DNA of 64,000 nt, from assembly GCA_030141605.1 (NCBI GenBank), contig JAQGDQ010000426.1:1-64000 (forward strand), written 5' to 3'. Source of the stretch: Tubiluchus corallicola. Its lineage: Eukaryota; Animalia; Priapulida. Each line of letters opens with the position of its first letter. The first letter of the stretch is position 1. Under the pieces are notes generated by a model. The model was given only the letters and a program-made list of their open reading frames with translations, did not search any database and had not been told where the DNA came from. The position numbers and the translations under genes are program-made. This document shows, one piece after another, positions 24,576 to 38,137 of the stretch.

Positions 24576-27569
24576 TATGCAGTGCTGTACATACGTAATA
24601 ACTTTCTCACTATACGGATAATATAGGTCTACGTGTAGATCGTGAGTCGTGACAAGTATGTGCATTCCTCCCGGCTATTCCGTTCCGATTTGCGTCTTAG
24701 AGTGGATTTGAAAAACTAACTAACTGACTAGTAAGAAGTGCACTGCAGTTGCTGTTGTTGCTGCTGCTGCTGCAATTGTTGTTGCTGTGTTGTTGTCACT
24801 GTTATTATTGTCACTGTTGCTGCTGATATTTCCGTTGTTGTTGTTGCTATGTTTCTGCTAATGTTGCTGCTTTTACAATCGTTACTGCTAATGTTGTTGT
24901 TGTTGTTGTTGTTATAGTAGCTGTCGTTGCCGCTGTCCTGCTGTGCCACTGCTGGCATATTTTGTCATAGTATCTTAAATGTCAGGATTGGGCTTTAATT
25001 TACATTAAACAAAGGTTAGCTAGGTTAGAAATATAAAACTATGTAGTTATACCTACGTGCAGAAAGCTTAAAACTAAATTAAGCCGAAATCCAAAACTTA
25101 TAAGTTATGAATTTTAATTTTGAATATTTTGAAAATGAATTCAATTTATTGGAATAACAAGTTAACAATTATTCGTATTAGAACTATAACAGGAAAGCGG
25201 AAGTACTGTGACGTACGCCGGAAATTGTGTGATAATTTGAGGCCCATCACATGAATCGTACGTGATAGTGCTTCAGAACTCCTTTCCGTGTTTTGTGTTA
25301 CAATTATTTTAAGTTTTGCGAAGCTTATAATGCTTACCTATTCTTTTCAATGGATGTCACTGCTTTGAGCACAACGCATTACGTTCAGCTCTGTTTACAT
25401 CGTTGGTTTTGTCATCATTTAAGATTCTTATCGAGCTAGCGAAAGCTGATGTAATTAATATTTTAACTGATGCATTAGCTAGGCTAGCAGCCCAACTCAC
25501 CCCATCCAGTTAATGCTGTTCTTGAAGAGAAATCTCTGCTAGCGAAATTACCATACATAGATAGTCTTTGTTACATTTAATGTTACTTTGAATTTGAATT
25601 GAATATGAAATAAATTGTTTTTTAGGCAATTTTGATGCCAAAATTTAGATTAAAACAAGTAGATTAAAGATTAAGATTAACATTTAGATCAAATTTAAAT
25701 TAAGATTTAGATTAGGATTTAGATTAATTTAGATTAGTACAAATGTTTGTCATAACTAATAATAGCTGTTCTAATCCTTAAGTTTAACACTTAGCAGAAT
25801 TACTCTATTAAACAATAAAATATCTAACATTTAAATCATAATTTAAAAAAGAAGTTTAACTATATTATTTTTAAATCACACACTCGTGGCAATGCAGTAA
25901 CCACTGAGTAAGATGGAGCGTTGCCCGTCTGTTGCCTATACGAGGTAGCTACGTATACTCGTTTTATTTTTGGAAGATCAAAAATAGATAAAATCAAAAA
26001 ATTTAGAAGTTATTTTCGACACTTTACCTGGTATGCTTCGGCGCTCCATGAATTATTATAGAATATCTGTTTCACATTTTGCCTGCAACATACGTAAAAA
26101 TAAACATAAACTTAACTGTAAAATAATTTTTCCTCTTCGTTTAAGGAGTAAAGGCTGGATGTCAGGGCAATTATTTAAAGTTTGCGTAAGTTGAATTACT
26201 TTATTTCAGCGTAAAAAAGCCACATAAAAACGTTACATTACACTACAGTAAAATACTACAATAAAAACTACATAAAAAGTACTACTATATGCAATACATA
26301 CAGCAAATAAACGTTCTTTTGTAGCACGTTCGACGATTATTATTTAAAAACAGTGAATTGTTACACGTCTTAAAATAACGAGATTGTATAATTCGTTCTA
26401 CGTTGACAAAAGTTAGTAGATGCTTATTGTTCGCCAGTTCTAGTAATCGTTTTCTAATACTGTAACAGGCGTTCTTACGAAGGTACGAAAATGTGGTAAT
26501 GATAAATTTACACGAATTACAATCATAATTTTTTACAATAATTTTGAACAGCTTCCTGACACCATCATTTATGCAACGCGTATTTTGTTAAGCGGTGTGG
26601 CCTTATTTTGTTATGGCCAGAGGCACAAATATGGTTATGACTGCTAGAGTGATGAGGACTTTTCGACTTTTTAATTTCTTTGCCAGTTCTAGACGAAAAG
26701 TTGACATAATAATAAGAATGATATTCATAATTCAGCATCATGACAAAAGCACAAATAAATGGGACCTATTAATAACAGAAAGTTGAAATATGTGCAGTGA
26801 TAATTCTTCTCTTAATGTGTAAACTAGTTTAACATGATTCGTGCTTTTCAGCTATTTTCCGATTTTCGTGAAAAATACATCAAAGTGAATTAATCTTTTC
26901 TATTTAACAAGTATTCCTTTTCAGTGTCTCCTTTAAAGTGTTGGCGTTCACTGCAGTGGCACGCTCTACTGTTGACGACATTAATTTCTTGTATAAGTTG
27001 AACCTAGCAATTTTCTTGAAGGGTTTTAAAGGTTTCAACATTTTTCGAATGAGTTTTCTAAACTCTAAAAAATTAACAGGTTTTTGGAAATGATTTTGCA
27101 AATGCAAATAATGCTTCAATTTAAAAGTCATTAGAACAAAAATGTTTTAAGTAGATGAAAAATCTCTTTATTATAAATGTCGGTCAAAAACAAAACAAAA
27201 ATTTCATAAAAATTAAATAATTGTAAGAATAATTGACTTTATTTTCAAGTTCGATAACTGTGTAGGACTTAGTACAAAGGACTTAGTAAAGAAATAACCA
27301 AGATATATTAATTTTATATTAGTTGCACATAAATACAACAATTATGCATAATAAAATAAAAAAAAAATTATATAAATATCTTATGTCTATAGTCTACATT
27401 CATTTATGTCTATGGTCTACATTCATTTGTGTCTATGGTCTACATTCATTTATGTCTATAGTCTATATTCATTTATGTCTATGGTCTACATTCATTTATG
27501 TCTATTGTCTACATTCATTTATGTCTATGGTCTACGTTCATTTATGTCAATGGTTTATTTATACATTCA

Positions 27570-27767
27570 TTAATTTTCACAATAGGCTTTTCTTGCATCC
27601 AGGACTTCTTGTAAAGCTGTCCTGCATATAGCGAGCTGTTCTAATAGTCTCACTAAAATTATATGCGTAGCGTCTCTCATTTCGCTGATTGAGTCTTCAT
27701 GGTATTTATATGTAGGACAGACTGGCTTCTCTCTCGCTGCAAAATCCAGAAATTCTGACACTGGATC
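27570..27767 (-). CDS. Putative long-chain helical cytokine B, exon 5
   Basis: Same splice sites as gene A: DPVSEFLDFAAREKPVCPTYKYHEDSISEMRDATHIILVRLLEQLAICRTALQEVLDARKAYCEN*. Confidence 0.85.
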   Translation of the reverse strand, partial: DPVSEFLDFAAREKPVCPTYKYHEDSISEMRDATHIILVRLLEQLAICRTALQEVLDARKAYCEN

Positions 27768-28061
27768 CTGTAACAGAAGTACAGAATAACATAAAAATAT
27801 TAATTTAAAATATTTATTTGTTTTATTTATAATACATCTATGGACTTAGTCAAGAGGCTTATATGTCTATTAAAACATCGTAAAATAATTCGACAATGTA
27901 CAGAAAGCAAAATTAGAGCTAAAAGTACAAAATACATGGTACATGCCTTTTGCCATTTATATGCACGCTGTCATATCAAAATATAATCATTATTATTAAT
28001 ATCTATTCTTCTCCGTGTTTCTTGACATTGCATTTGTATTTACACTTCCAAATAAATTTAC

Positions 28062-28144
<83 letters not shown>

Positions 28145-29439
28145 TACGTTATTATTACATGGTTAGTACAATATAAATATTCAAGTAGGTGCAAATAAAT
28201 TAAAAATGCTGGTAAAAAGATGAAAACTTGGTTAGTACGAAAAAATTGTATAATTATGGTAAAAAATTTACATCTTACATCATTTTTTCAATCACACATT
28301 TTCTAGTAAATATTTTTTAAAAGTTTCTTAATTTATTTATATTACTGGCTTGTTTTATTTGGGTAAATTATTCACATTACAGCACAATTATACATGACAG
28401 AATGTTATATTACTTTGGTTCTGCGCTTAGGATGGAATTTGTGGCATTGTTGAGTTTGGTATTAATGCTGTCGGAAAGTCCGTTTTAAACCAAGCCTGGC
28501 TCGCATGCTTCTGATACTTATACCTCTTATTTCTGGAGAACGGGCACGTGCCTAGGGCGTTTGTGAGGATGGTTGAATAGTCCATTCAACGGTGGGTGTA
28601 ATACTCTTATTTAGATTTCACGGGAGAACCACCGTCAATGCCTGCTACGGGCATTTTCCCGGACCCAACTCCCAATTTTTTCGAAATGATTCAGTGGGAC
28701 TCTTGGAAGGAAATATAAGGCTCTTTAGAAAGAGGAAGAGCAGGGCTACACGATGATATGAGCTGCATTTTAGGATGCTTCCTTTCTGAGGAGCTGTGAC
28801 GAGTTGATTGAAGGTTCCATTTTGGCAACTTTCGCTTGGAAAACTGCTGACGCAACGCAATTGTTGTGACGTCATCCATTATACTCTGTCTATAATCTTA
28901 GAACTTTAATTCAGTAAAAGCTGCTACTGGCTTTGCGTTGTAAATGAGGACTATAGGATGTTTGCGTATTATTGATTATAAGTATATTTATAAGCAAAAT
29001 TGTTTTGCTAGTAAGAAATAAAAACTATTAGTTACAGCGTTTACCCAACTCATTGTTTTCGTTTAATTTTGCTAATTTTTTGTTTTTTATATTTTTTAAA
29101 TAATAAATTCATAAGCACTTTTTACAGGTGACTATTTTGCATGTTAAATGGTAAGTTTTTAGTTTCTGTTAAATTGGAAAAATGGAGCCAGTTTTTTGGG
29201 TAACTTGAACTTTTTTGTAAACAAGATTTTTTTCTGCAGTTATAATTAAAAATCAACTGCACAGTTAAAATTTGAACTCAAAAAATTAAAGATTCTTAGA
29301 TTTTTATTGTGATTTGAACCACATACTTAGAGCAGATGTGTGAATAAGCACAAAACTGGAGTTTTAGTTCACACGAGAAAGTTTTTTCATTGTAAATATG
29401 GCAATGGTCACGCCGGTTATCCAGAAAACCAGAACTTAC

Positions 29440-29853
29440 CATGTTAACATACACGTCATCAGTAGTGAGTTCCTCCCCTTCACTGTTAACAATGGTAGAT
29501 CTCAACCCATCATCACTAGACTCTGAATTGAGTCTGCTCGAATCAATCTTTGTGGAAATAGGTTCAACGTTTGAACGTTCGACTTTTGATTCCCTTCCAC
29601 CAATACTGTTTGTCTCTTCTATACTCAATTCGTCTTTCTCAACATTGTGCAGTTCCTCGGAAGATGACTCCTCTGGCGTTATGGCAAAGAAAGGAAGATC
29701 AGCTATATTATTAAAGATGGTGTCCAAGTAGTCTTCCAGTTTCTTTAGCTCGTCTTTTCTAATACTGTGGAGCAATACTTTATTGATTTTTGGAACCATT
29801 GTCAAAAAATGGTAGTGTTGTACAGAGTAGGCGATCTTCCTACACAGCTGTGC
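29440..29853 (-). CDS. Putative long-chain helical cytokine B, exon 4
   Basis: 414 nt, phase 0-0: AQLCRKIAYSVQHYHFLTMVPKINKVLLHSIRKDELKKLEDYLDTIFNNIADLPFF..DDVYVNM. Confidence 0.85.
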
Positions 29854-30165
29854 CTAAAAATACAAATTCATTGAAAATAGATCAACAAAATGGATGAATA
29901 GTTAAATTTTTGTACCGATATGTCATACAAGGCATCATGCAAGTACATTACTTCCCTTATAAATAACAAACCGTCTTCTTAAAAAATATTTCAGGGTAAG
30001 TTATTAATTTATTATAAAGGCGATTATATTTATGAATAATGCACCATAAAAAGATGGCAAATAAACGATGAAGATGATTGCAAAGATGATGATGATGTTG
30101 ATGATGAAAACGATAGTCGATGATGATGATGATGATCGATGATGACGACGATGATGATGAAAGTT

Positions 30166-30202
<37 letters not shown>

Positions 30203-30295
30203 CTGAAAATAATAGAATAAAGTGCAAAAGAACGACGAGGACGAAGAACGATGATAAAATGTGGAAAACAATGGGGGGAAAGACGCTGTACTTAC

Positions 30296-30451
30296 AAGCG
30301 ATTCAAGGTCTGTTGGTTTAAAAAACGCAGTCACTGGAGATATGTATCGGTAATCTTTGTCTTCACAGTCTGGATCACAGTCCATTTGTTCCACTATTAA
30401 CAGCTTACAGTCTTTGTCTGGTACTGGACTTAATAACCACTGTTTTCGTAG
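30296..30451 (-). CDS. Putative long-chain helical cytokine B, exon 3
   Basis: 156 nt (in-frame 12-nt indel relative to A): LRKQWLLSPVPDKDCKLLIVEQMDCDPDCEDKDYRYISPVTAFFKPTDLESL. Confidence 0.85.
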
Positions 30452-31749
30452 CTGAAAAATGCAACACAGTTTCACACAGAGGGACTCAGCTAAAAATTCA
30501 TTATGGAAATTGTTTGGAATTTTTTTTTTTGGAAATTGTTATTTTAAGTCAGATTAAACATGCTTGGCCCAAAGTTTATTGCAAATCGTAATTCTAACCT
30601 TGCATATTTTGGGAGACCTTCAAAACTACTTCTCCATATTCAAACCAGATAGACATAGACATAGACATAGACATGGACCTAGACATAAACATAGACACAG
30701 ACATAGACCTAGGCATTTTTTATTAATCTCCTCATTTACATCAGAATACAAATAGGCCATAATTACTATATAGACATAGGCATAAACATAGACACAGACA
30801 TAGACATGACATAGACATGGACATGGACCTAGACATTGACATGGACCAAGACATAGACATGGACCTAGACATGGACATAGACATGGACCTAAACATAGCC
30901 ATAGACCTAGGCATAAACATAGACATAGACATGGGCCTAGACATAAACATAGACATAGACATAGACCTAGGCATAAACATAGACATAGACATGGACCTAA
31001 ACATAAACATAGACATAGACATAAACATAGACATGGACCTAGACATAAACATAGGCATAGACATGGACCTAGACATAAACATAGACATACACATGGACCT
31101 AGGCATTTTTTATTTATCTCCTCATTTACATCAGAATACAAATAGGCCGTAATTAGACATTGGCATAAACCAGTTGCTACAGCTACTACGCCTACTTCTA
31201 CAGCCAAGCAAAAATGGAATATTGATCTTTGATTTCCTCCAGTAAAATTAGTTTCGTTTTATAGTGGATAGTGAGTTGTATTGGTTGTGTGTAGCTGCTT
31301 ATTGATGCTTGAGGAATGGCAAAGCTATGAAGAGTCTGATTATAAAATGACACGTTTATTAAACATCAACACAGTAAATATAAATAGCAATGCCATAGGC
31401 CCCTGATCTAACGGTCTGTACGCTCCGGCTCCCAGACTCAATCTGAGACTCATTTCTTGATGAGGAGGCCCCGCACACCTTATATATTGTGTGCAATGGC
31501 GAATGCCTCATTTCCTTGGATCACGTAATCACGTGACACCACTCCTTAACTGGCTTCATCATACCAGCATCTATCAACATAATTATTTATTATAATCTAC
31601 TGCTCTTAGCATAATTTAACAGGTTCTCTTTAACAGGTTCTCTTTACTCCTCCTTTTGACACACACGGTCGGATTCTAAATGACGAAAGGTCCGTGATTG
31701 CACAACTTGCTTTTTTAATTTGCATAATAAAACCTAATAATAAACTTAC

Positions 31750-31922
31750 GAACTGTGCTTGGATATGTTCCACAAAATAGATGCAGAGATCCAGACGGGA
31801 AACTACAGCCTCTATTTCGCTATGGTACACGTTAGGGAAGAGTTGTGCAATGGGCCTTGTTGATACCAATGAGGTGAACCAATAGTGAGTCCACAAGATT
31901 ATTGCAACGTAACAAAAACAAC
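31750..31922 (-). CDS. Putative long-chain helical cytokine B, exon 2
   Basis: 173 nt, phase 1-0: (S)CFCYVAIILWTHYWFTSLVSTRPIAQLFPNVYHSEIEAVVSRLDLCIYFVEHIQAQF. Confidence 0.85.
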
Positions 31923-32332
31923 CTGTTGAAAAAAAGATTTAAACTCACATAAGCTAATGAAAATTAAGCAACTCTAGAATGGTTATTTTTTAGATTTAAT
32001 ACCTATAGGTAATTTGCTTTCTAATATATCACATTTGCATATTATATAAGACGAGTCGTTTGACGAAAGTGTCCAAGTGTCCATTCCTGTAGCAAATAGT
32101 GCAAATGATCTTCGAAACATTAATCAATGTCAAAAACCACTTGTTTTTTTTACTCGTGTTTGTCTTATAAATATGTGTGTTCAGTTTACCTATGATATTA
32201 AGTCTTTACAGCATATTATGTAAGGCGGATCGTTTGACGAAAGTTTGCGAAAAACATCCATAAATAAAATTTTCAAATGTATCAATAGATGTTCAATTAA
32301 CACATCAATTCAGCATTATTATTTTAACTTAC

Positions 32333-32345
32333 TATGATATTTCAT
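32333..32345 (-). CDS. Putative long-chain helical cytokine B, exon 1 coding part (MKYH)
   Basis: ATGAAATATCATA|gtaagt. Confidence 0.75.
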
Positions 32346-32433
32346 ATCTTAGCAAATGAAATATTAAAACTAAAGGACAACGAGAGTTTCGACAGAATAT
32401 TTTGAAATGATGTTCAACTTCGAGCTGTCATGA

Positions 32434-32545
32434 TATTTATAGGCACCCCATGGGCTATTTTTAGACAAATGGCTATAATATCGGTAAATTCCTTGTAATA
32501 CGTCAAGTGATGCAATGCACGCGTACTTTGGGAATTCCACATGTA
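32434..32545 (-). promoter_or_regulatory. Inducible-type promoter of cytokine-like gene B
   Basis: TATAAATA at 32434-32441; GGTAAATTCC, TACGTCA and TGATGCAAT retained; near-consensus kB site GGGAATTCCA at 32530-32539. Confidence 0.6.
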
Positions 32546-32716
32546 TGCAGTGCTGTACATACGTAATAACTTTCTCACTATACAGCATAATATAGGTCTA
32601 CGTGTAGATCGTGAGTCGTGACAAGTATGTGCATTCCTCCCGGCTATTCCGTTCCGATTTGCGTCTTAGAGTGGATTTGAAAAACTAACTAACTGACTAG
32701 TAAGAAGTGCACTGCA

Positions 32717-32751
<35 letters not shown>

Positions 32752-32842
32752 AATTGTTGTTGCTGTGTTGTTGTCATTGTTATTATTGTCACTGTTGCTG
32801 CTGATATTTCCGTTGTTGTTGTTGTTGCTAAGTTACTGCTAA

Positions 32843-32873
<31 letters not shown>

Positions 32874-34547
32874 ATAGTAGCTGTCGTTGCCGCTGTCCTG
32901 CTGTGCCACTGCTGGCATATTTCGTCATAGTATCTTAAATGTCAGGATTGGGCTTTAATTTACATTAAACAAAGGTTAGCTAGGTTGGAAATATAAAACT
33001 ATGTAGTTATACCTACGTGCATAAAGCTTAAAACTAAATTAAACTGAAATTCAAAACTTATAAATTATGAATTTTAATTTTGAATATTTTGAAAATGAGT
33101 TCAATTTATTGGAATAACAAGTTAACAATTTGTCGTATTAGAACTATAACAGGAAAGCGGAAGTACTGTGACGTACGCCGGAAATTGTGTGATAATTTGA
33201 GGCCCATCAAATTACGTGATAGTGCTTCAGAACTACTTTCCGTGTTTTGTGTTACAATTATTTTAAGTTTTGGGAAGCTTATAATGCTTCCCTATTCTTG
33301 TCAATGGATGTCACTGCTTTGAGCACAACGCATTACGTTCAGCTCTGTTTTCATCGTTGGTTTTGTCATCATTTAAGATTCTTATCGAGTTAGCGAAAGC
33401 TGATGTAACTAATATTTTAACTGATGCACTAGCTAGGCTAGCAGCCCAACTCATCCCCATCCAGTTAATGCTGTTCTTGAAAAGAAATCTCTGCTAGCTA
33501 AATTACCATACATAGATAGTCTTTGTTACATTTAATGTTACTTTGAATTTGAATTGAATATGAAATAAATTGTTTTTTTAGGCAATTTTGATGCCAAAAT
33601 TTAGATTAAAACAAGTAGATTAAAGATTAAGATTAATATTTAGATCAAATTTAAATTAAGATTTAGATTAAGATTTAGATTAATTTAGATTAGTACAAAT
33701 CTTTGTCATAACTAATAATAGCTGTTCTAATCCTTAAGTTTAACACTTAGCAGAATTACTCTATTAAACAATAAAATATCTAACATTTAAATCATAATTT
33801 AAAAAAGAAGTTTAACTATATTATTTTTAAATCACACACTCGTGGCAATGCGGTAACCACTGAGTAAGATGGAGCATTGCCCGTCTGTTGCCTATACGAG
33901 GTAGCTACGTATACTCGTTTTATTTTTGGAAGATCAAAAATAGATAAAATCAAAAAATTTAGAAGTTATTTTCGACACTTTACCTGGTATGCTTCGGCGC
34001 TCCATGAATTATTATAGAATATCTGTTTCACATTTTGCCTGCAACATACGTAAAAATAAACATAAACTTAACTGTAAAATAATTTTTCCTCTTCGTTTAA
34101 GGAGTAAAGGCTGGATGTCAGGGCAATTATTCAATGTTTGCGTAAGTTGAATTACTTTATTTCAGCGTAAAATTACATTACACTACAGTAAAATACTACA
34201 ATAAAAACTACATAAAAAGTACTACTGTATGCAATACATACAGCAAATAAACGTTCTTTTGTAGCACGTTCGACGATTATTATTTAAAAACAGTGAATTG
34301 TTACACGTCTTAAAATAACGAGATTGTATAATTCGTTCTACGTTGACAAAAGTTAGTAGATGCTTATTGTTCGCCAGTTCTAGTAATCGTTTTCTAATAC
34401 TGTAACAGGCGTTCTTACGAAGGTACGAAAATGTGGTGATGATAAATTTACACGAATTACAACCATAATTTTTTACAATAATTTTGAACAGCTTCCTGAC
34501 ACCATCATTTATGCAACGCGTATTTTGTTAAAGACGGTACTGTCATT

Positions 34548-34951
34548 CAGTTCCTATTTCAGCCTAAGCGAGGCCCGGGGAAGTGGGGGCGTGTGAGGCC
34601 CCCTGAGGGGGGCAAAGCACCGGGGCGGGGCTGGCGCTACCATGGTTGGCGCCCAGAAAATTTTTGAATTGCTACAACGCCGGAGAAGCATTTTCGAACA
34701 GAAAATATGGAATTATACAGTTGTTAAAGGAAAGAACAATTGAAAGAAAAACTGCTTTATTCTCAAGACCAGTCCTTAATACTTGTCAATACTGGCAAAC
34801 GGCGCGCGTGCGGCAAGAGAGAGAGAGAGAGGGAGAGAGGAGGCAGTATGTTCGCATAAAGCAAAAAAAAAGTTACCTTCGCGCTAGGCCTCCCTAGAGG
34901 GTGAGGCCCCGGGGAAGTATCCCCGCTCCCCCCCCCCTGAAATAGGTCCTC
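34548..34951 (+). mobile_element. hAT-type MITE
   Basis: Imperfect TIRs (CAG..CCTATTTCAG / CTGAAATAGG..CTC) with an 8-bp TSD CTGTCATT at 34540-34547 and 34952-34959; same family as 58348-58820. Confidence 0.85.
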
Positions 34952-35389
34952 CTGTCATTACTCGTTAAAATTACAACAATAACTCTTAAAAAGATGCAAT
35001 TTAACATCAAGAAAGCACAACGAAACGCATATAATTAATGAGTTAATATGTACATATATATAAGAGATGCGCTTGATTTTTAATATCTGCATTGTCACAT
35101 AAATCAAAGCAAATTACATGGCCTAAATATTTTTCTTGTTGATAACGGACATTATCTGTTAAGCCAAGGAAACGGTTCCTGTAAATGTTATTTAGACTAC
35201 GTGGGGGATTTTTCATACATTTATTTTACGTATAGTTGAAGTGAATATTATGGCTAAATCATTTTAACAATCTAAGAGTTCTTGTAATACAAATATAGAG
35301 GATGCTAACAAAATGATATCAGCTTCATGAATATAATACGAATCAGTAGGTAATTTGCAATACGACAATCATTCATGTTGCAGCTTCAA

Positions 35390-35950
35390 GTGTTTTGGTC
35401 CATTACCGAAAATGAAAATTGCCGAAAGTAGAACATTTTTTTAACCAGTCGATACTCCTCTCAGTGGACGTGTCCTAAAATATAGCCCACGTCATTGTGT
35501 AGCCCTGTTTTTCTTCTTTCTAAAGATGCTATATTCCTTTCGAGAATCCAATTAGGCGCCGCTAGAACGTTTTTTCTGCAGGCTGTTTAGTCCAAATTTT
35601 TCCAAAAAAATCGCGTGTTCTGTCCGGGAAAGCGCCCGTTACGGGACGCCGTGACCCTCTCGCAAATTCTAAATATGCCCATGACACCCACCGCTGAACG
35701 GGCTATCTATCCATAGCCAGCACCTCCCATGGCCAGTTCGCATTCTTCAGATCTCAGGCGTATAACTTTTGCAAAAAAGGGTCGAAAATGGCCATTTTTG
35801 GAGGTTTTTCGCCCGTCGTTCGTCCCGGTGGGCCGGATTCGAAAAATAAACCCCCAATGGCACGACACTAGATCGAGACCTTTCGTTTGATGCATAGATC
35901 GCCGCAAATGGTGCCGTCGTCAGAGCTGTAGCCTCGAATCTTATATACAT
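35390..35950 (-). mobile_element. Helitron-like dispersed repeat (other pieces at ~36685-36846, ~38140-38315, ~52775-52900)
   Basis: Multiple copies share the terminus TATATAAGATTCGAGGCTACAGCTC; no TIR or TSD seen. The Helitron class is inferred from the TATATA-rich start. Confidence 0.55.
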
Positions 35951-36846
35951 ATTAAGCCCATTACCAGTAGAATTAATGCATATAGACTAGACTCCACTCA
36001 CAACACACCACCCACACTACACCACACCAATCCACTGCACCACTCACAATACGCCACCCACCCTACACCACAACCCACACCACACCATCAATACCACACC
36101 ACTCTACCCACACCGCTCCACCAATACCTCACATACCTTACCACCCCACCACATCATCCACAGCACAACACCCACTGCACACCATTCACACGACACCCAC
36201 CATACCCACCACATCACATGGTGATGATGATATCGACGTAAACAACGACAACCTACAGCACCAACGCCAACAGCACTGCATCATAGTAAAACCATGCAAA
36301 ACAATTTTGTGCAAAGTCGATACTGTGTGCTATAGCAAATACTGTTACACCCATCACCCTTGCTCAATAATGCATGGACATTCTACACAATTTTGCTTAC
36401 TGCTTCCTAGATTATAATAGGCTCACAGATATAATTTGCAAGTACAATGACACAGTATAGAACAGCGGATGACAACAATGCCTAGAACAGCCGCGAAAAT
36501 TCTTAAACTCAAAGACAATGGATGTTTCAAATGGCAGCACAGGGGTAGAAAACGAACTTCGAAATACACCCTGTTTTGTCTAGTATACAGCTCTCCGAGT
36601 GAAACTATAAACACTTTTTAGACCGTTTCGTCCTCATCTGCGAGTTTATTTTTTCTCAACTTTTTTAATAGTTGCACAAATCAAGCAAATGGCCATTTTT
36701 GGAGGTTTTTCGCCCCCCGTTCCTCTCGGTGGGCCCGATTCGAAAAATAAACCCCCTATGGCACGACACTAGATCGAGACTTTCGTTTGATGTATAGATC
36801 GTCGCAAATGGTGCCGTCGTCGGAGCTGTAGCCTCGAATCTTATAT

Positions 36847-37113
36847 GCTCTCTCTCTCTTTCTCCCTCCCTCTCTTGCTCTCTCTCTCTCTCCTCTTGCG
36901 TTCTCTGTCTCTATTTCCCTCTCTCTCTCTTGCTTTCTCTGTCTCTATTTCCCTCTCTCTCTCTCTCTCGCTCTCTTTCTCTCTCTCTCTCTCTCTCTTG
37001 CTTTCTCTCTCTCTCTATTTCCCCCCTCTCTCTCTCTTGCTTTCTGTCTCTCTCTCTTTCTCTCTCTCTCTCCTGCTCTCTTCTCTCTCTCTCTCTCTCT
37101 CTCTCTGTTGCTT

Positions 37114-37149
<36 letters not shown>

Positions 37150-37275
37150 CTGCTCTCTTTCTCTCTCTCTTACTTTCTCTCTCTCTCTCTCTCTCTCTTG
37201 CTTTCTCTCTCTCTCTCTCTCTCTTTCTTGCTCTCTCCCCCTCTCCCTCTCTTGCTCTCTCTCTCTCTCTGCCTC
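36847..37275. repeat. (CT)n microsatellite
   Basis: Directly visible. Confidence 0.97.
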
Positions 37276-37812
37276 TTTTTAAAAATGACTCATAATACTG
37301 CCTACCTACAACTGCGTTCAGTCCTCCTAATCTTTAATATAAATCAATAGTTCATAAAGTGTCTGGTAATTAAAATATCACTCACCTTAGCGGCAGTCAG
37401 TGCAAAAGAAATCCGCAAAACCAAAAAAGAAAGAAAAACACACACACAAGTATATATGAACAATAAAACAAAATAAATTAAAATAATGATAATAAAAATT
37501 GCAGATCTATCTCTACGCTTCACGTTCAAGTTTACACGCTGAAAGTATAAACCAGAATGACGCTGCTTTGCGCAAAGCCTTCCAAACTCGCGTAGTCTTG
37601 GAAACGCAAACGCAAGTCTTGAAAACAATGGGCGACTGTCATTGTACTGTGTCTATACTTTTAATAACTTCCCAACCTTACATATATTATGCTATGAAAA
37701 ATTTGAAAACTTACCACCATTCACACAGTTACTCTATCACATTCTTTGCGAAAATATATATCCAGTGCATGCTAAAAGTGTTTATAAATTATGCAAGTAT
37801 TCACTAAACACA

Positions 37813-37814
<2 letters not shown>

Positions 37815-37879
<65 letters not shown>

Positions 37880-38036
37880 TTCTTTCTTTCTCTCTCTCTC
37901 TCTCTCTTTCTCTCTGCCTCTCTTCCTCTCTCTTACTCTATTTCTCTCCCTCTCTCTCTCTCTCTCTCTCTTACTCTCTTTCTCTCTCTCTCTCTTGCTT
38001 TCTCTCTCTTTCTCTCCCTCTCTCTCTTTCTCTCTT

Positions 38037-38134
<98 letters not shown>

Positions 38135-38137
38135 CTT
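37815..38137. repeat. (CT)n microsatellite
   Basis: Directly visible. Confidence 0.97.

Noticed and set aside
32370-32588. 72-aa ORF upstream of cytokine-like gene B (and its counterpart in unit 1)
   Set aside because: It overlaps the TATA box, kB sites and 5' UTR and ends in a stop with no donor; better explained as promoter sequence.
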